DNA from: the human T2T-CHM13v2.0 reference genome, Homo sapiens
Assembly (NCBI RefSeq): GCF_009914755.1
Contig: NC_060940.1
Length of the DNA stretch: 64,000 nt
Direction: 5' to 3' (one strand)
Both the position numbers and the translations under genes were made by a program. Numbering within the stretch: the stretch's first letter is position 1; each line of letters opens with the position of its first letter. Of the stretch, positions 1 through 19,993 are shown piece after piece. Below the pieces are notes generated by a model. It was not told where the DNA came from, did not search any database, and saw only the letters and a program-made list of their open reading frames with translations.

Positions 1-1235
1 AAATCTCCAAACTGATCAAAGTGGTTCCTAATAAATCCTCTCAGCTAGTCAAGATGATTCAAAGGAAAGAGGTTAAGAGTGTAACTCACCTTGGCTGGGC
101 GTGGTGGCTCACGCCTGTAATTCCAGCACTTTGGGAGGCTGAGGTGGGCGGATCACCTGAGGTCAGGAGTTTGAGACTAGCCTAACCAACATGGAGAAAC
201 CCCGTCTCTACTAAAAATACAAAATTAGCCAGGCATGGTGGTGCATGCCTGTAATCCCAACTACTTGGGAGGCTGAGGCAGGAGAATTGCTTGAACCTGG
301 GAGGCGGAGGTTGCAGTGAGCCAAGATCACCCATGGCACTCCAGCCTGGGCAACAAGAGTGAAACTCCATCTCAAAAAAAAAAAAAAATGTAGCTTACCT
401 GAGGGAGTCAGTAGGCTCAACTACAGTTAAGTCTAACGTCATGGTTATGTCTGAAAAGAATTATGGGTATGCTGTTGACCCATGGATCTGAATGGAGTAA
501 AATACGTAAGTTCAGTTTTGGAGGGAATTGCCCTGCTTCCCCTGCCTAACACCCCCTCACCCTGACAAAAAGCCACCAGGTTAAATCTTGACCATGAGTG
601 TTCAATACTTAGTATGATTTTTAGGTCCCCAAGTTTCTTTCTTTTTTTTTATTTCGGAGACCGGGTCTCACTCTGTCACCCAGCCTGGAGTGCAGTGATG
701 CAACCACAGCTCTCTATAACCTCGAACTTCTGGGCTCACACGATCCTCCTGCCTCAGCCTCCCAAGTAGCTGGGACTACAGGCCCATGCCACCCCAGCAG
801 GCTAATTTTTGTTTTTCAAATTTTTTTGAAACAAAATCTCACTCTGCCACCCAGGCTGAAGTGCAGTGGCACGATCTTGGCTCACTGCAACCTCCGCTTC
901 CTGGGCTTGAGTGATCCACTTACCTCAGCCTCCCAAGTAGCTGGGACTACAGGTGTGCGCTACCATGCCCGGCTAATTTTTGTATTTTTTTGGTAGAGAC
1001 AGGGTCTTGCTATATTGCCCAGGCTGGTCTCGAACTCCTGAACTCAAGCGATTCACCTGTCTTGGCCTCCCAAAGTGCTGGCATTATAGGCGTGCAGTGT
1101 ACCACCATGCCCAGCCTATTTTTGTTTTGTTTTGCTTTGTTTTGTTTTGAGATGAAGTCTTGCTCTGTCACTCCAGCTGGAGTGCAGTGGCACAATCAAG
1201 CCTCACTGCAGCCTCTACCTCTAGGGCTCCAGTGA

Positions 1236-1888
<653 letters not shown>

Positions 1889-2147
1889 TAGGCGTGAGCC
1901 ACCGCACCTGGCCATGGGTCTCCAAATTTCTATGGGCATGAAGGAGACTGAGAAAGCTACTCTACTTCAGAAAGACATAACCACCAGTGTCCTCTCAATT
2001 GTGGCCAAGGAGAATAAGTGGAAAAGGGTGGTTTACTCTAAGGGCAGAGCCAAGAACATGGTGAAGAATGAACTAGGGAACTCTTCCCACTCCCAGGGAA
2101 AAGTGGGGGTTCTTCTCAACATCTGCCCAGCAGCACTTTAGACTTAG

Positions 2148-2557
<410 letters not shown>

Positions 2558-3162
2558 TAGTAGAGACCGGGTTTCACTATGTTGGCCTGGCTGGTCTTGA
2601 ACTCCTGACCTTGTGATCTGCCCCCCTCGGCCTCCCAAAGTGCTGGAATTACAGACGTGAGCCACTGCGCCTGGCTAATTTTTGTATTTTTAGTAGAGAC
2701 AGGTTTTCACCGTGTTGGCCAGGGTGGTCTCAAACTCCTGACCTCAGGTGATCCACCGGCCTCGGCCTCCCAAAGTGCTGGGATTACAGGCATGAGCCAC
2801 CGCACCGGGCCCTGTCCTTCCTTCTGAACGGGAGTGTGCTCTGCTGTTCTCCTGTCCTTGTTCTGCTTTATATGTTGGATGTGTTCGTGTGTGTGTGTGT
2901 GTAGAAATGGGGCACAGGTAACTTGTCTCTGTCTCTCTCTTATTTTGTAGCTCATAGGTCTCTGAATCAAGAGAAGCCACATCTGGACCTGATATAGAAG
3001 AGACTATTAGAGATCCTGGGCTTGAGGCTGATTCCATGTCAGATGGGTCACTTAGGTGGTCTCCCTTGGGAAGGGGATGCATTTATTTTGCATATGGAAG
3101 AAAATGCAAAGGCAGTATTTGTAAGGAAGAGGGCAGACGGGGGAAGATTTTATAATTGTTCA

Positions 3163-3318
<156 letters not shown>

Positions 3319-4697
3319 TTAGCTGGGCGTGGTGGTGCTTGCCTGTAGTCCTAGCTACTTAGGAGGCTGAGGTGGGAGGATCACTTAAGCTCAGGAGGTA
3401 GAGGCTGCAGTGAGTTATGATTGCACCATGCACCTATGCACTCCAGCCTGGGCAACACAACAAAACACTGACTCTAAAAAAACAACCAACAAAAAAAAAT
3501 CACATGTATTCACTGGCCCTCTCTTTGGGGACCTGCTACATAGAATGGTTTTTTGTCCCCAGTTCACTGACATCAGGTATGGCTATGTGGCTTGCTTTAG
3601 ACCATGGACTTTGAGTGGAAATGACATGTGCCACTTCCACGAGGAAGCTTTAAAAGCCGTCATGGGGTCTGCCACCTTTCCTCTCTTCGGTGTCTGGAGA
3701 CGGAAAGTTCCAGCTTGAGACTTTTCCTTCAGACAGGGCTCTGGAATGAAGATAGCATAGAACAGAGTGGTCCCATGGAGGACATGGATATGAGTGAGAA
3801 ATCAACATGGTGTTGTGAGCCCCTAAGATTTGGGGGCTGCTATTACTGCAGCGTAACTGGATCCCAGCTGATAGATGCAGCCTCCCTGTGGGATACCCTG
3901 CTCAGGTATCCTTTCCCATCACCATGACAACTGACACACCATAATGAGCTATGCTGATGTTAGGAAGTCTCCGCCTTTGCTCCTCTTCAGAGCTGTTCAC
4001 CCTCAGGTCCTAACCAGTGAGCCTATTTCTTTTTTTCTTTCTTTTTTTTTTTTTTTTTGAGATGGAGTCTTGCTCTGTCACCAGGCTGGAGTGCAGTGGT
4101 GCGATCTCGGATCAATGCAACCTCTGCCTTCTGGATTTAAGCAAATATTGTGCTTCAGCCTCCTGAGTAGGTCTGGAACTCCTGACCTCAGGCCATCCGC
4201 CAGCTTTGGCCTTCTAAAGTGCTGGGATTACAGGCATGAACCACCGTGCCCAGCCAAGCCGAGTCTTCTTGATTCTTGCTGGCATTTGGCAACTAGTAGC
4301 AGCTGCTCACAGGAACTGTAAAAACATCTGGTGGGGCCCAGACCTTCTAGCATCAACATGGTGCCTAGTAAATATCAATCTCACATGCATCCTGAGATGC
4401 ATTAAAAAGAAGCTGTCCAGGCCGGGCACGGGGGCTCACGCCTGTAATCCCAGCACTTTGGGAGGCAGAGGCGGGTGGATTGCTTGAGCCCAGGAGTTTG
4501 AGACCAGTCTAGGAAACATGGCAAAATCCTAGCTCTATTTTTAAAAAGGGGGGGAAAAAGAAATAAAAAAGCTGGGCATGGTGGTTCACACCTGTAATCC
4601 CAACACTTTGGGTGGCTGAGGCAGGTGGATCACTTGAGAGACCAGCCTGGTCAACACCATGAAACCCCATCTCTACTAAAAATACAAAAATTAGCTA

Positions 4698-4817
<120 letters not shown>

Positions 4818-4963
4818 CTAGAGAGTGAGACTCTGAAAAAAAAAAAAAAAAAAAAGAGAAAAGAACATAATGTTTGGCCAGGCATGGTGCCTTACACCTG
4901 TAATCCCAGCAGTTTGGGAAGCCGAGGGGGCGGATCACCTGAGGTTAGTTCAAGACCAACCTA

Positions 4964-5113
<150 letters not shown>

Positions 5114-6016
5114 TCACTGCACTCCAGCCTGGGCGACAAGAGTAAAACTCCGTCTCAAAAACAAAACAAAACAAAAAAGAATCATAATGGTTAGTAAGTG
5201 AAAATTCTGAATTAGTTTGTGTATGTGTATTGTTGCATATAATAGAGACCCAAATTAACTGTGGCTTAAATAAGATAGAAGTTTATTTCTCTCTTCTATA
5301 AAAGTCCAAGTTAGTATGATGGATCTTTCCATGAAATCATTAGGAGCCAGATTTTTTGTATCATTCATTCATTCATTGATTCATTACTACCATTAATAGA
5401 GACAATTTTCTGCACCATTCAGGCTGGAGTGCAGTGGTGCAATCATAATTCACTGTAACCTCAAAATCCTGGGCTCCAGCGATTCTCCTGCCTTAGCCCC
5501 AACAAAGTAGCAGGGACTACAAGCACATGCCACCACGCCTGGCTAATTTTTCTTTTTCTTTTTTGTAGAGGTGGGGTGTTACTATGTTGCCCAGGCTGGT
5601 CTCAAACTCCTGGCCTCAAGTGATCCTCCTGCTTCACCCTCCCAAAGCTCTGGGATGACAGGCATGAGCCACTCTGCCCCTCCAGGTCTTTTTTATCTTG
5701 TTGCTGTTCCATCCCTAGGGCGTTGCCCTCACCCACATGATCCAATATGATTCACCACCACTTCCACAGTCTGGCCCTTCTGAGGGGTGATGGTTTGCCC
5801 TTTGCCCTAAAGAGCATGATTCAGAAGTACAGATCATTTTTGCTCTAATCCCCATAGCCAGGATGTAGTCATATGGCTACATCCCGATGAAAGTGTTGCT
5901 GAGAAATAGAATCTCTACCCTGAGCAGCTTTTTGCCCAGATAAAAGTTCAGTTACTCTGGGAGAAGGGTAGAATGGATACTGGGGGACCATAAGCTGTTG
6001 CCACCACACACATTGA

Positions 6017-6330
<314 letters not shown>

Positions 6331-6415
6331 TGAACTCCTGCCCTCAGGTGATCCACCCACCTCAGCCTCCAAAAGTGCTGGGATTATAGGCGTGAGCCAC
6401 TGCCTTGGCCTCAAA

Positions 6416-7222
<807 letters not shown>

Positions 7223-7390
7223 CCATTCCACACTTAACTCCTTCACTCATTTATTCATAAAATATGTATTGAGCAAGACCTGTGTGCCAGGCATTGTGTT
7301 AGGTGCTAGAGAAATAGAGGTGAAAATACAGACAAGGCCTCTGCTTTCATGGAGTTTATATTCTAGTGAAGAGGACAAGTAAATAGCTAA

Positions 7391-7582
<192 letters not shown>

Positions 7583-8118
7583 TAGTAGAGACGGGGTTTC
7601 ACCGTGTTAGCCAGGATGGTCTCGATCTCCTGACCTCATGATCCACCCGCCTCGGCCTCCCAAAGTGCTGGGATTATAGGCGTGAGCCACCATGCCCGGC
7701 CAAGAGCTAAGCTATTCTAAGCTATAACGTGTATTATCAAAACAATTAAGGCCAGGCACAGTTGCTCACACCTGTAATCACAACACTTTGGGAGGCTGAG
7801 GCGGGTGGATCATTTGAGGTCAGGAGTTTGAGACCAGCCTGGCCAACATGGTAAAACCCTGTCTCTACTAAAAATACAAAAAAATTATCCAGGTTGTGGT
7901 GGTGCATGCCTGCAGTCCCGGCTACTCGGGAGGCTGAGGCACAAGAATAAGAATTGCTTGAGTGGGGAGGTGGAGGTTGCAGTGAGCCAAGATCATGCCA
8001 CTGCACTACAGGCTAGGAGACAGAGTGAGACCCTGTCTTAAAAAAAAAGCAATTAGGCCAAGTGCAGTGGCTCATGCCTGTAATCCCAGCACTTTGGGAG
8101 GCCAAGGAGGGCAGATCA

Positions 8119-8331
<213 letters not shown>

Positions 8332-8426
8332 CTAAAAAAAGAAAGAAAGAAATTGGCTGGAGAATCGCTTGGACCCAGGGGTGGAGGTTGCCATGAGCTG
8401 AGATTGTGCCACTGCACTCCAGCCTA

Positions 8427-8822
<396 letters not shown>

Positions 8823-8866
8823 TTAGAAAAGATGACTGACACATGGGAGGCTGATGTGGCAGATCA

Positions 8867-9469
<603 letters not shown>

Positions 9470-9620
9470 TCATTGATTGATTGGGGGAAGGATGTAGAAG
9501 CTGCGTTTTTGGGGGAATTAGCTCCTTGTGGGGTCCTTCAGGTCAGCTGAGTCAGTAGTTCCATGAGGACCTGAAGGAATCTCTTTTCTTTTCTTCTTCT
9601 TCTTCTTTTTTTTTTTTTGA

Positions 9621-9858
<238 letters not shown>

Positions 9859-9933
9859 TGATCGGCCCCCGCCCCACCCTCGGCCTCCCAAAGTGCTGGG
9901 ATCACAGGAGTGAGCCACGGTGCCCAGCCTTAA

Positions 9934-10224
<291 letters not shown>

Positions 10225-10305
10225 TAATGTTGTGTAATGTCCAGGTTGTGATCCATAGAGCAGTTAAAGGTAAAGGTAACTATAATTTTTTTTTTTTTTT
10301 TTTAG

Positions 10306-10434
<129 letters not shown>

Positions 10435-10450
10435 TAATTTTTTTTTTTAG

Positions 10451-10784
<334 letters not shown>

Positions 10785-11196
10785 TAGCCAGGATGGTCTC
10801 GATCTCCTGACCTCATGATCTGCCCGCCTCAGCCTCCCAAAGTGCTGGGATTACAGGCATGAGCCACTGCACCCAGCCTGGTGTTTGATTATCTATTATG
10901 TCAAACAGGCTGGGTTTAGTGGCTCACGCCTGTAATCCCAGCACTTTGGGAGACTGAGGTGGGAGGATCACTTGAGCCCAGGAGCTGAAGACCAGCGTAG
11001 CAATGTAGCAACTCCCTGCCTCTACAAAAAGTTAAAAAATTTAGCTGGGTGCACCAGTAGACCAGCTCCTCAGGAGGCTGAGGAGGGAGGATCACTCGAG
11101 GCCAGGAGTTCAAGGCTGCAGTGAGCTGTGATCATGCCACTGTACTCCAGCCCAGGCAATGGAGCGAGACCCTGTCTCAAAATAAATAAAACATGA

Positions 11197-11723
<527 letters not shown>

Positions 11724-11912
11724 CTACTCTCAAGGCTGAGGGAGGAGGATTGCTTGTAGAGCCTGGGAAGTCGGGGCTGCAGTGAGCCATGATCACACCA
11801 CCACACTCTAGCCTGACAGAATGAGACCTTATCCCAAAAGAAAAAATAAATGATATTGTATTATATGTGAACTTTGAATTATATTGTGTTGTATCTGAAG
11901 TTTGAATTTTCA

Positions 11913-12291
<379 letters not shown>

Positions 12292-12610
12292 CTACTCAGG
12301 AGGCTGACGCAAGAGAATTGCTTGAACTTGGGAGGTGGAGGTTGCAGTGAGCTGAGATCGTGCCATTGCACTCTAGCCTGGGAAACAAGAGCAAAACTCA
12401 GTCTCAAAAATAAATAGCTTGAACCCGGGAGGCAGAGGTTGCAGTGAGCTGAGATTGCACCACTTCATTCCAGCCTGGGTGATAGAGCAAGACTCTATCT
12501 CTAAATAAATAAATAAATAATCCTTTAGGATGGCAATGAATTTAAGGACTAAACTAGGGAGAATCGACTTTTTTTTTTAAAATGGAGTCTTGGTCTGTCG
12601 CCCAGACTAG

Positions 12611-12790
<180 letters not shown>

Positions 12791-12879
12791 TGAACTCCTG
12801 ACCTGAGGTGATCTGCCTGCCTCGGCCTCCCAAAGTGCTGGGATTACAGGCATGAGCCACTGTACCCAGCCCATTCGAC

Positions 12880-12910
<31 letters not shown>

Positions 12911-13199
12911 TTTGAGGTGGAGTCTCACTCTGTCGCCCAGGCTGGAGTGCAGTGGCACAATCTCGGCTCACTGAAACCTCCGCCTCCCGGGTTCAAGCCG
13001 ATTCTCCTGCCTCAGTCTCCCGAGTAGCTGAGATTAGAGGCAACCACCACTATACCCGACTAATTTTTGTATTTTTCAGTAGAGATAGGGCTTCACCATG
13101 TTGGCCAGGCTGGTCTCGAACTCCTGACGTCAGTTGATCCTCCCACCTCAGCCTCCCAAAATGCTGGAATTAAAGCTGTAAGCCAGCGGGCCTGGTGGA

Positions 13200-13460
13200 C
13201 ATCTTTTAATAATCAGTCTTTCCATTCAGGTATATGGTATATGTCTCCATTTACTTAGGTCTTATTTCATATCCTTCAGGTTGGAGCTATCATTTCTTTT
13301 CATACAGGTTTTGCACATTTCTTGTGAGGTTTATTCCTTCATGGTCCATGGATTTTGTTGTGAATTGGGAATCCTTTTTCCACCAAGTATATTTTCTAAT
13401 TTGTTACTTTAGTATACAGGAAAGATAACTAATTTTTATCTGCAGTTTATTATCTATGAA
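13200..13460 (-). mobile_element. Old L1 (L1M) fragment
   Basis: T-rich degenerate sequence resembling antisense L1 ORF2 3' region (ttttctaatttgttactttagtatacaggaaagataactaattttta). Confidence 0.45.
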
Positions 13461-13589
13461 AGGATAAAAGTAGAACTACTCAGTAAAAGGTTTCCATAAT
13501 CAAATAAGTATGGGCTAAACAAAGCTAAACAGATGTGTTCACTGCTGGACTTATCAATGCTTGTGATAATTTTTTTTTTTTTTTTTTGA

Positions 13590-13732
<143 letters not shown>

Positions 13733-14284
13733 TAATTTTTGTAATTTTAATAGAGACAGGGTTTCACCATGTTGACTAGGCTGGTCTCAGAACTGTTGAC
13801 CTCAGGTGATCTGCCTGCCTCAGCCTCCCAAAGTGCTGGGATTACAGGTGTGAGCCACCACCACCAGGCAATTGAAGACGTATATTCTATGAAGAAATGG
13901 GTAGATTTTAATGAACAATACCCCTTTTGTGGGCAGATTCCTAAGTCCCAGGCCCTCACAACAAAGGGGCAGTGGGCCTGGAGATGCCAGCTTCAGCTGC
14001 CAGAGGGACTGCTCCTCCAGGGCCACCCCAGCCCACTTTTGATCACCAAGTTTTGATCACCAAGAATCCCAAGAAGGGCACAGGGAATTTCCTTTCTTAC
14101 CTGCCCATGAAACCTTTTGTCACTAGACATCCTGAAACATACTTTGGGAAACTGCATCCAAAGACCCTTCTAGTTTCAAATCTGTGGATCCAGGGGTCTC
14201 CACTGAACCTTACCTGATGCCCAAACTCCCACCCATTCACTCCCAACCAGAACACAGAAGATGACCTGGTGCCAAAATGAAAGC

Positions 14285-14290
14285 TTTAAT
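14285..14290 (-). terminator. ZNF668: Probable ZNF668 poly(A) signal ATTAAA
   Basis: tttaat on + strand ~200 nt downstream of the stop codon. Confidence 0.6.
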
Positions 14291-14487
14291 GAGTGTTACT
14301 CCTAGACAGTCACGTCTCAGCTTCTGCCAGCCTCCACTGTCCCAGCTCTCTTAGCTGGCCGACAGGGGAGCTAGTTGCTGAGGGGTAGGGATCTGGAGTC
14401 TAAAGAGCAGAGCCAGGCAAAAGGAGGTACAGGAAGCCCCCGATGGGGGCTGGGCTCCCGGAGTGTGGTGCTGGGGGGTCATGGGCT

Positions 14488-15700
14488 TCAGGCCGGCCCC
14501 TCTTCAGGCATTCCTAGCAAAGCCACCAGGGGCTCCAGGGGTGTGGGGGTCCCCATGGGCACAGGGTGGGTGCGTTCATGCTTGCGCAAGTCGCTGGCAC
14601 TCAAGAAGGCCTTGGGACAATGGGGGCAGGTGTAGGGGCGCACTGAGCTGTGAGTGCGGCTGTGTTTGCGCAGCCCAGCCCGGTCAGAGAAGCTCTTGCC
14701 GCACTGGGTGCAGGGGAAGGGCCGGAGCTCCGGGTGTGAGCGCTCGTGCCGACGCAGCAGCGTCATTGTGGAGAAGGTCTCCTTGCACTCTCGGCACACA
14801 AACTGGGGGGGCTTCTCGTCAGCCTCCTCACCCCCCGCCTCGCCTGCCCCTTCCAAGGGACCAGGAGCCTCCCGGACACCAGCATCTTGGCATTCCACAT
14901 GCTCCACCGTCATGCCCACCACCTGCCACTGTGTGGCCATCACACCACCTGACTCCGGGGGCAGCCCTAGCAGCCCTGCTGGAGGGTCCCCCAGCCCCGC
15001 CCCTGCTACCGGGGCGGCTGAACTCTCACCTGCCACGCCCACAGGCAGCGCCAACCCCACCACCAGCTCCTGTGCAGGGGGCACACCCGCGGCCTCACTG
15101 CTTCGATGGGTCCGCTCGTGCTTCCTCAGGCTCGACGACACCACAAAGGATTTCCCACATGCGTTACAGTGGAAGGGGCGCTCCCCCGAGTGCACCCGGC
15201 TATGCTTCGTGAGGCTGGCACGCTCGGCGAAGGCTCGCCCGCACTCCTCACAGCGGAAGGGCCGCTGGCCAGAGTGCACCAGCGCGTGCCGCTTGAGGTC
15301 CCAGGACGCCACGAACGTCTTGTCACATTGCAGGCACTTGAACGGCCGGTCGCCTGTGTGCACACGCCGGTGCATGGCCAGGTCCGCCGGCTGCCGGAAG
15401 TCCTTGCCGCACTTCTCGCAGTGGTATGGCTTCACCCCTTCATGGGCGCGCTGGTGGCGACGGAAGCTCGAGGGGTCGGAGAACATGCGGCCGCAGCGCG
15501 GGCACAGGAAGGGCTTCTCCCCCGAGTGCGTGCGCTCGTGGCTCTGGTAGGAACTGAGCTGCGTGAAGCCCTTGCCGCAGGCCGGGCAGCGGTAGGGCTT
15601 CTGTGCCGCGTGGATGCGCTGGTGGCACGTGAGCGAGGATGAGCGGGAGAAGCTCTTCCCGCACTCGGAGCAGAGGAAGGGGCGCTCGCCGGTGTGGGAC
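14488..15700 (-). CDS. ZNF668: Zinc finger protein 668, last coding exon (C2H2 fingers)
   Basis: Acceptor CCCCGCAG|G at 15701/15700; tandem C2H2 fingers with TGERPF/SGEKPF linkers; ends ...GMPEEGPA*; 647+1213 nt = 619 aa + stop. Confidence 0.97.
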
Positions 15701-15918
15701 CTGCGGGGGTGTGGAGGACTTGGCATGAAGGCGACAGACCCATAACGTGACCCCACTGCCTGTCTGGGCTGTACTTTAGGGGCTCCCCAAACGTTCGTGG
15801 GGGCCTAGGCTTAATCCCCTAAGAGCCACATGGCTGCACCCCAGAGGAAGAAGCCTTCAGGCTGGCTGGGTGTCTCTATTCCAAAGACCTGTCTCTGCAC
15901 ATTAAAGACCAAGATATG

Positions 15919-16852
<934 letters not shown>

Positions 16853-17234
16853 TAGAAACATGTCATTAATGTAGAGGCTGAGAAAAAGAAAAAAAAAAAT
16901 GACCTAGACAAACCAGGCCCCACTCACACCTCCTGGTCTCCACAAAAGACCCTCAGAACTGCCCAACTCCAAACCCCGCCCCCTTTCCAGCTGGCCTACA
17001 ACGGAGGCCAATCTGACCCAATCCCATTCTCAGAGATCAACCTCAAGGTGGTTGCCACCTCTGCCCAATCAGGGGCACCAATTTCTCCCACATGCCTAGC
17101 CCCTCCCCTTGGATCTGCCATGCCCACCTTCCCATTGGCTCACTTTACCCTGAGACTCAAACCCAGGCCCCATTGGCTGCAGCAACGCTGTCGCCCTGCC
17201 CCGGAAGGCGCCCTGCCCCGGAAGGCACCCTCAC

Positions 17235-17881
17235 CGCTCATGGTTGCGGAGGTCCTTGAGCTCCGCATAGGCTTTGCCGCAACGCTCACAGCTGTAGGGC
17301 CGCAGGCCAGCGTGAGTACGCCGGTGCTTGCGGAACACTGAAGGGTCAGCAAAGCTCTTGCCGCAGTCGGCGCAGGCGTAAGGCCGCTCGCCTGTGTGGC
17401 CACGCTGGTGGATCTTGAGCTTGGAGAGCGCGCCATAGGCCTTCGGGCAGTGCGCACAGCGGAAGGGCAGTTCGCCAGCGTGCGAGGCCAGGTGCACGCG
17501 CAGGCACACGGGCTGCATGAAGCGGCGGCCGCACTCGGGGCACGGAAAGGGCTTCTCCCCCGTGTGGCTGCGCCCGTGGCTGCGCAGCTCGGGTGCCGTC
17601 TTGTAGGCCTTGGGGCATAGCGGACACGCATAGGGCCTAGGCTTGGCCGCGGAGCCTGACACCTTCTCCCCACTGGCTTCCTCTGCCTTAGCTTCTGTCT
17701 CTGGCTTTGGCTTCACCTCGGCCACCTCTTCAGAGCAGTCTGCCGGCCCATGTGTGGCAGCGTGGCGCGCTGCCCTGGGCGCGTTTGGAAATGTCTTGGT
17801 ACAGGACAGGCACTTGTAGCGGCGGCCCGAGCGCTTGTAGCCGGGGGCTGGGGACCGGGCCTCTGCAGCCTCCACTTCCAT
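17235..17881 (-). CDS. ZNF668: Zinc finger protein 668, first coding exon of the 619-aa isoform
   Basis: ATG 17881 (GCCATGG), [16 protein letters not shown]..., C2H2 fingers; donor CG|GTGAG at 17235/17234; exon acceptor TTGCAG| at ~17903. Confidence 0.97.
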
Positions 17882-17993
17882 GGCCTTGGTGAACGGGGTT
17901 TCTCTGCAAGAGAAGCAAAGTTAGACCAAAGCCACATACCTTCGCCACTCCTGAAAGCCTCAGAGAGAACCCTATCTCATCTGCATTTCTCAC

Positions 17994-18040
17994 CTCGGAA
18001 CCCACACATCCTTCCTGCCCAGCATTCCTGGCTCTGACAT
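17994..18040 (-). CDS. ZNF668: Alternative upstream coding segment giving a 23-aa N-terminal extension ([23 protein letters not shown]; 642-aa isoform)
   Basis: ATG at 18040, donor GAG|GTGAG at 17994/17993; 47 nt + 22 nt (17903-17882) = 69 nt, in frame with ATG 17881; matches my recollection of a longer isoform. Confidence 0.65.
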
Positions 18041-19056
18041 CCTGCGTTCGTTTCCTCCCTGATCTGCTCATTGAAGAAAGGAGTTGGACCAAGTGTCCGC
18101 AGAGCCACTAAGAAAGGAGGCTGAGGGTCACAAAAGATTCACCTACACGTCCCCCCCCGCCCCCAACGGGCTTTTCCAAACACTGTGGCATTCCCAGAGG
18201 CCCAGGTTCCATCTGTCTCACCATCTTCCTTCTTCAGCTCAGTGTCCAAGAACTATGCCAGGATAAAGAGTGTACCCAGACGTGGGCCTGGCCTGAAGGT
18301 CTCCAAGCGCCCAGAAAAGACAGACCTGGGACCAGAAAAGGGCTGAGCCAATGGGCTAAATCTGGTAGCTGGCACTGTCTGGAAGTGACAGGTCCCCAGC
18401 ATTTGTGTTTTCTTTCCTCCTCTGGATGGTTAGTCCTCAGAGACAGCAACTGTTCACACAGAATTCTGGCCTTGCACAGCTGTACGGGCCTCCGCCCCAG
18501 ACTGGAATCTGTCCACTCTCTGCTCTGGAATCTTGTTGGCCTGTTCCCACAACTCTGGTAATGGAGAATCACTCAAGGCAGCCTGAGCCATTGCTAGCAG
18601 CTGGAAGCCTCTTTCTGAGTCATAACTGATGTATCTGATCTAACATGGCCTCCTGGGATACCAGCTCTAGCTGAGATCCCTACTTTCTGGTCCAGAACCC
18701 AGACGCCCTCCACCCAGCTGCTCCTGGGGATCATGGTTGGGAGGAAACAGGATTAATGGCTGTATTAGTCTTAACACCAGCTCATCCTCCCTGGGGGATG
18801 AAGGGAAGAGGATTATGGCAGATCCACTTAAGGAGTGCTCAGCAGCTGCTGCTGGGGGAAGGGGTCTGAGGAGTGGGGGCTGCAGGGAGCCAGGTGTGCC
18901 CAGAGGCTAGGGGGCCTACGTTCTACTTGCAGCCCTGTGGATTACTATGAGACCTCAGTGAAATGAGTGTTGTTTATAAGACTATTTCCGCCCGGCTGGG
19001 CGTGGTGGCTCACGCCTGTAATCCCAGCACTTTGGGAGGCCGAGGGGGGCGGATCA

Positions 19057-19304
<248 letters not shown>

Positions 19305-19825
19305 TCATCTGGACACGTTAGGGGTTGGTGGCTTCTAAGTTATGACACTGGGGTTCAGGAGGAGGAAACTGAGCTGAGCCACGAGGGTGCTAGGGGAAAT
19401 ACAGAGACTCAGGGCCCCTTATGCCAGGAAAGGGCGGGAGAAGCAGCTTACCTGGTTGACCCAGGGAGGACACAGGAGCCCCTGACGCGTGGCAAGGGCC
19501 ACATCCTTAAAGTCAGCACCCTTCTGCCTGAAATCCCGGCCTCAGGCCTGCACGCTGCCCTCCCTCCCCAACCCCATGCAGCCGGTCTTCTCCCAAAAGT
19601 AATGAATGATGTTTCCTGTTCCCTGCTCAAGAACTTTCCATGGCTTCCACCACACCATGCAAATCCCCAGGTCCTTCCTGCTTGTTCCAAATCTGACAAG
19701 TCCTTCACTGGAGCCCCACTTCCACCAGGAGGATCCTCAAGCATCTCCCCTTTGGGTTTGGCCCCAATCCCACAAAACTCCATCTTATTCTCACTTGGTT
19801 ATTTCACTTTTCCCACTAAATCCTA

Positions 19826-19993
<168 letters not shown>

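Noticed and set aside
14463-15642. Long + strand ORFs (249, 298, 178 aa) over ZNF668
   Set aside because: Antisense shadows of a GC-rich zinc-finger CDS; no independent coding signal
19452-19504. Possible extra ZNF668 exon (ATG 19504, donor CAG|GTAAG) that would be in frame with the main ATG
   Set aside because: Frame compatibility has a 1-in-3 chance and I see no clear acceptor or other support
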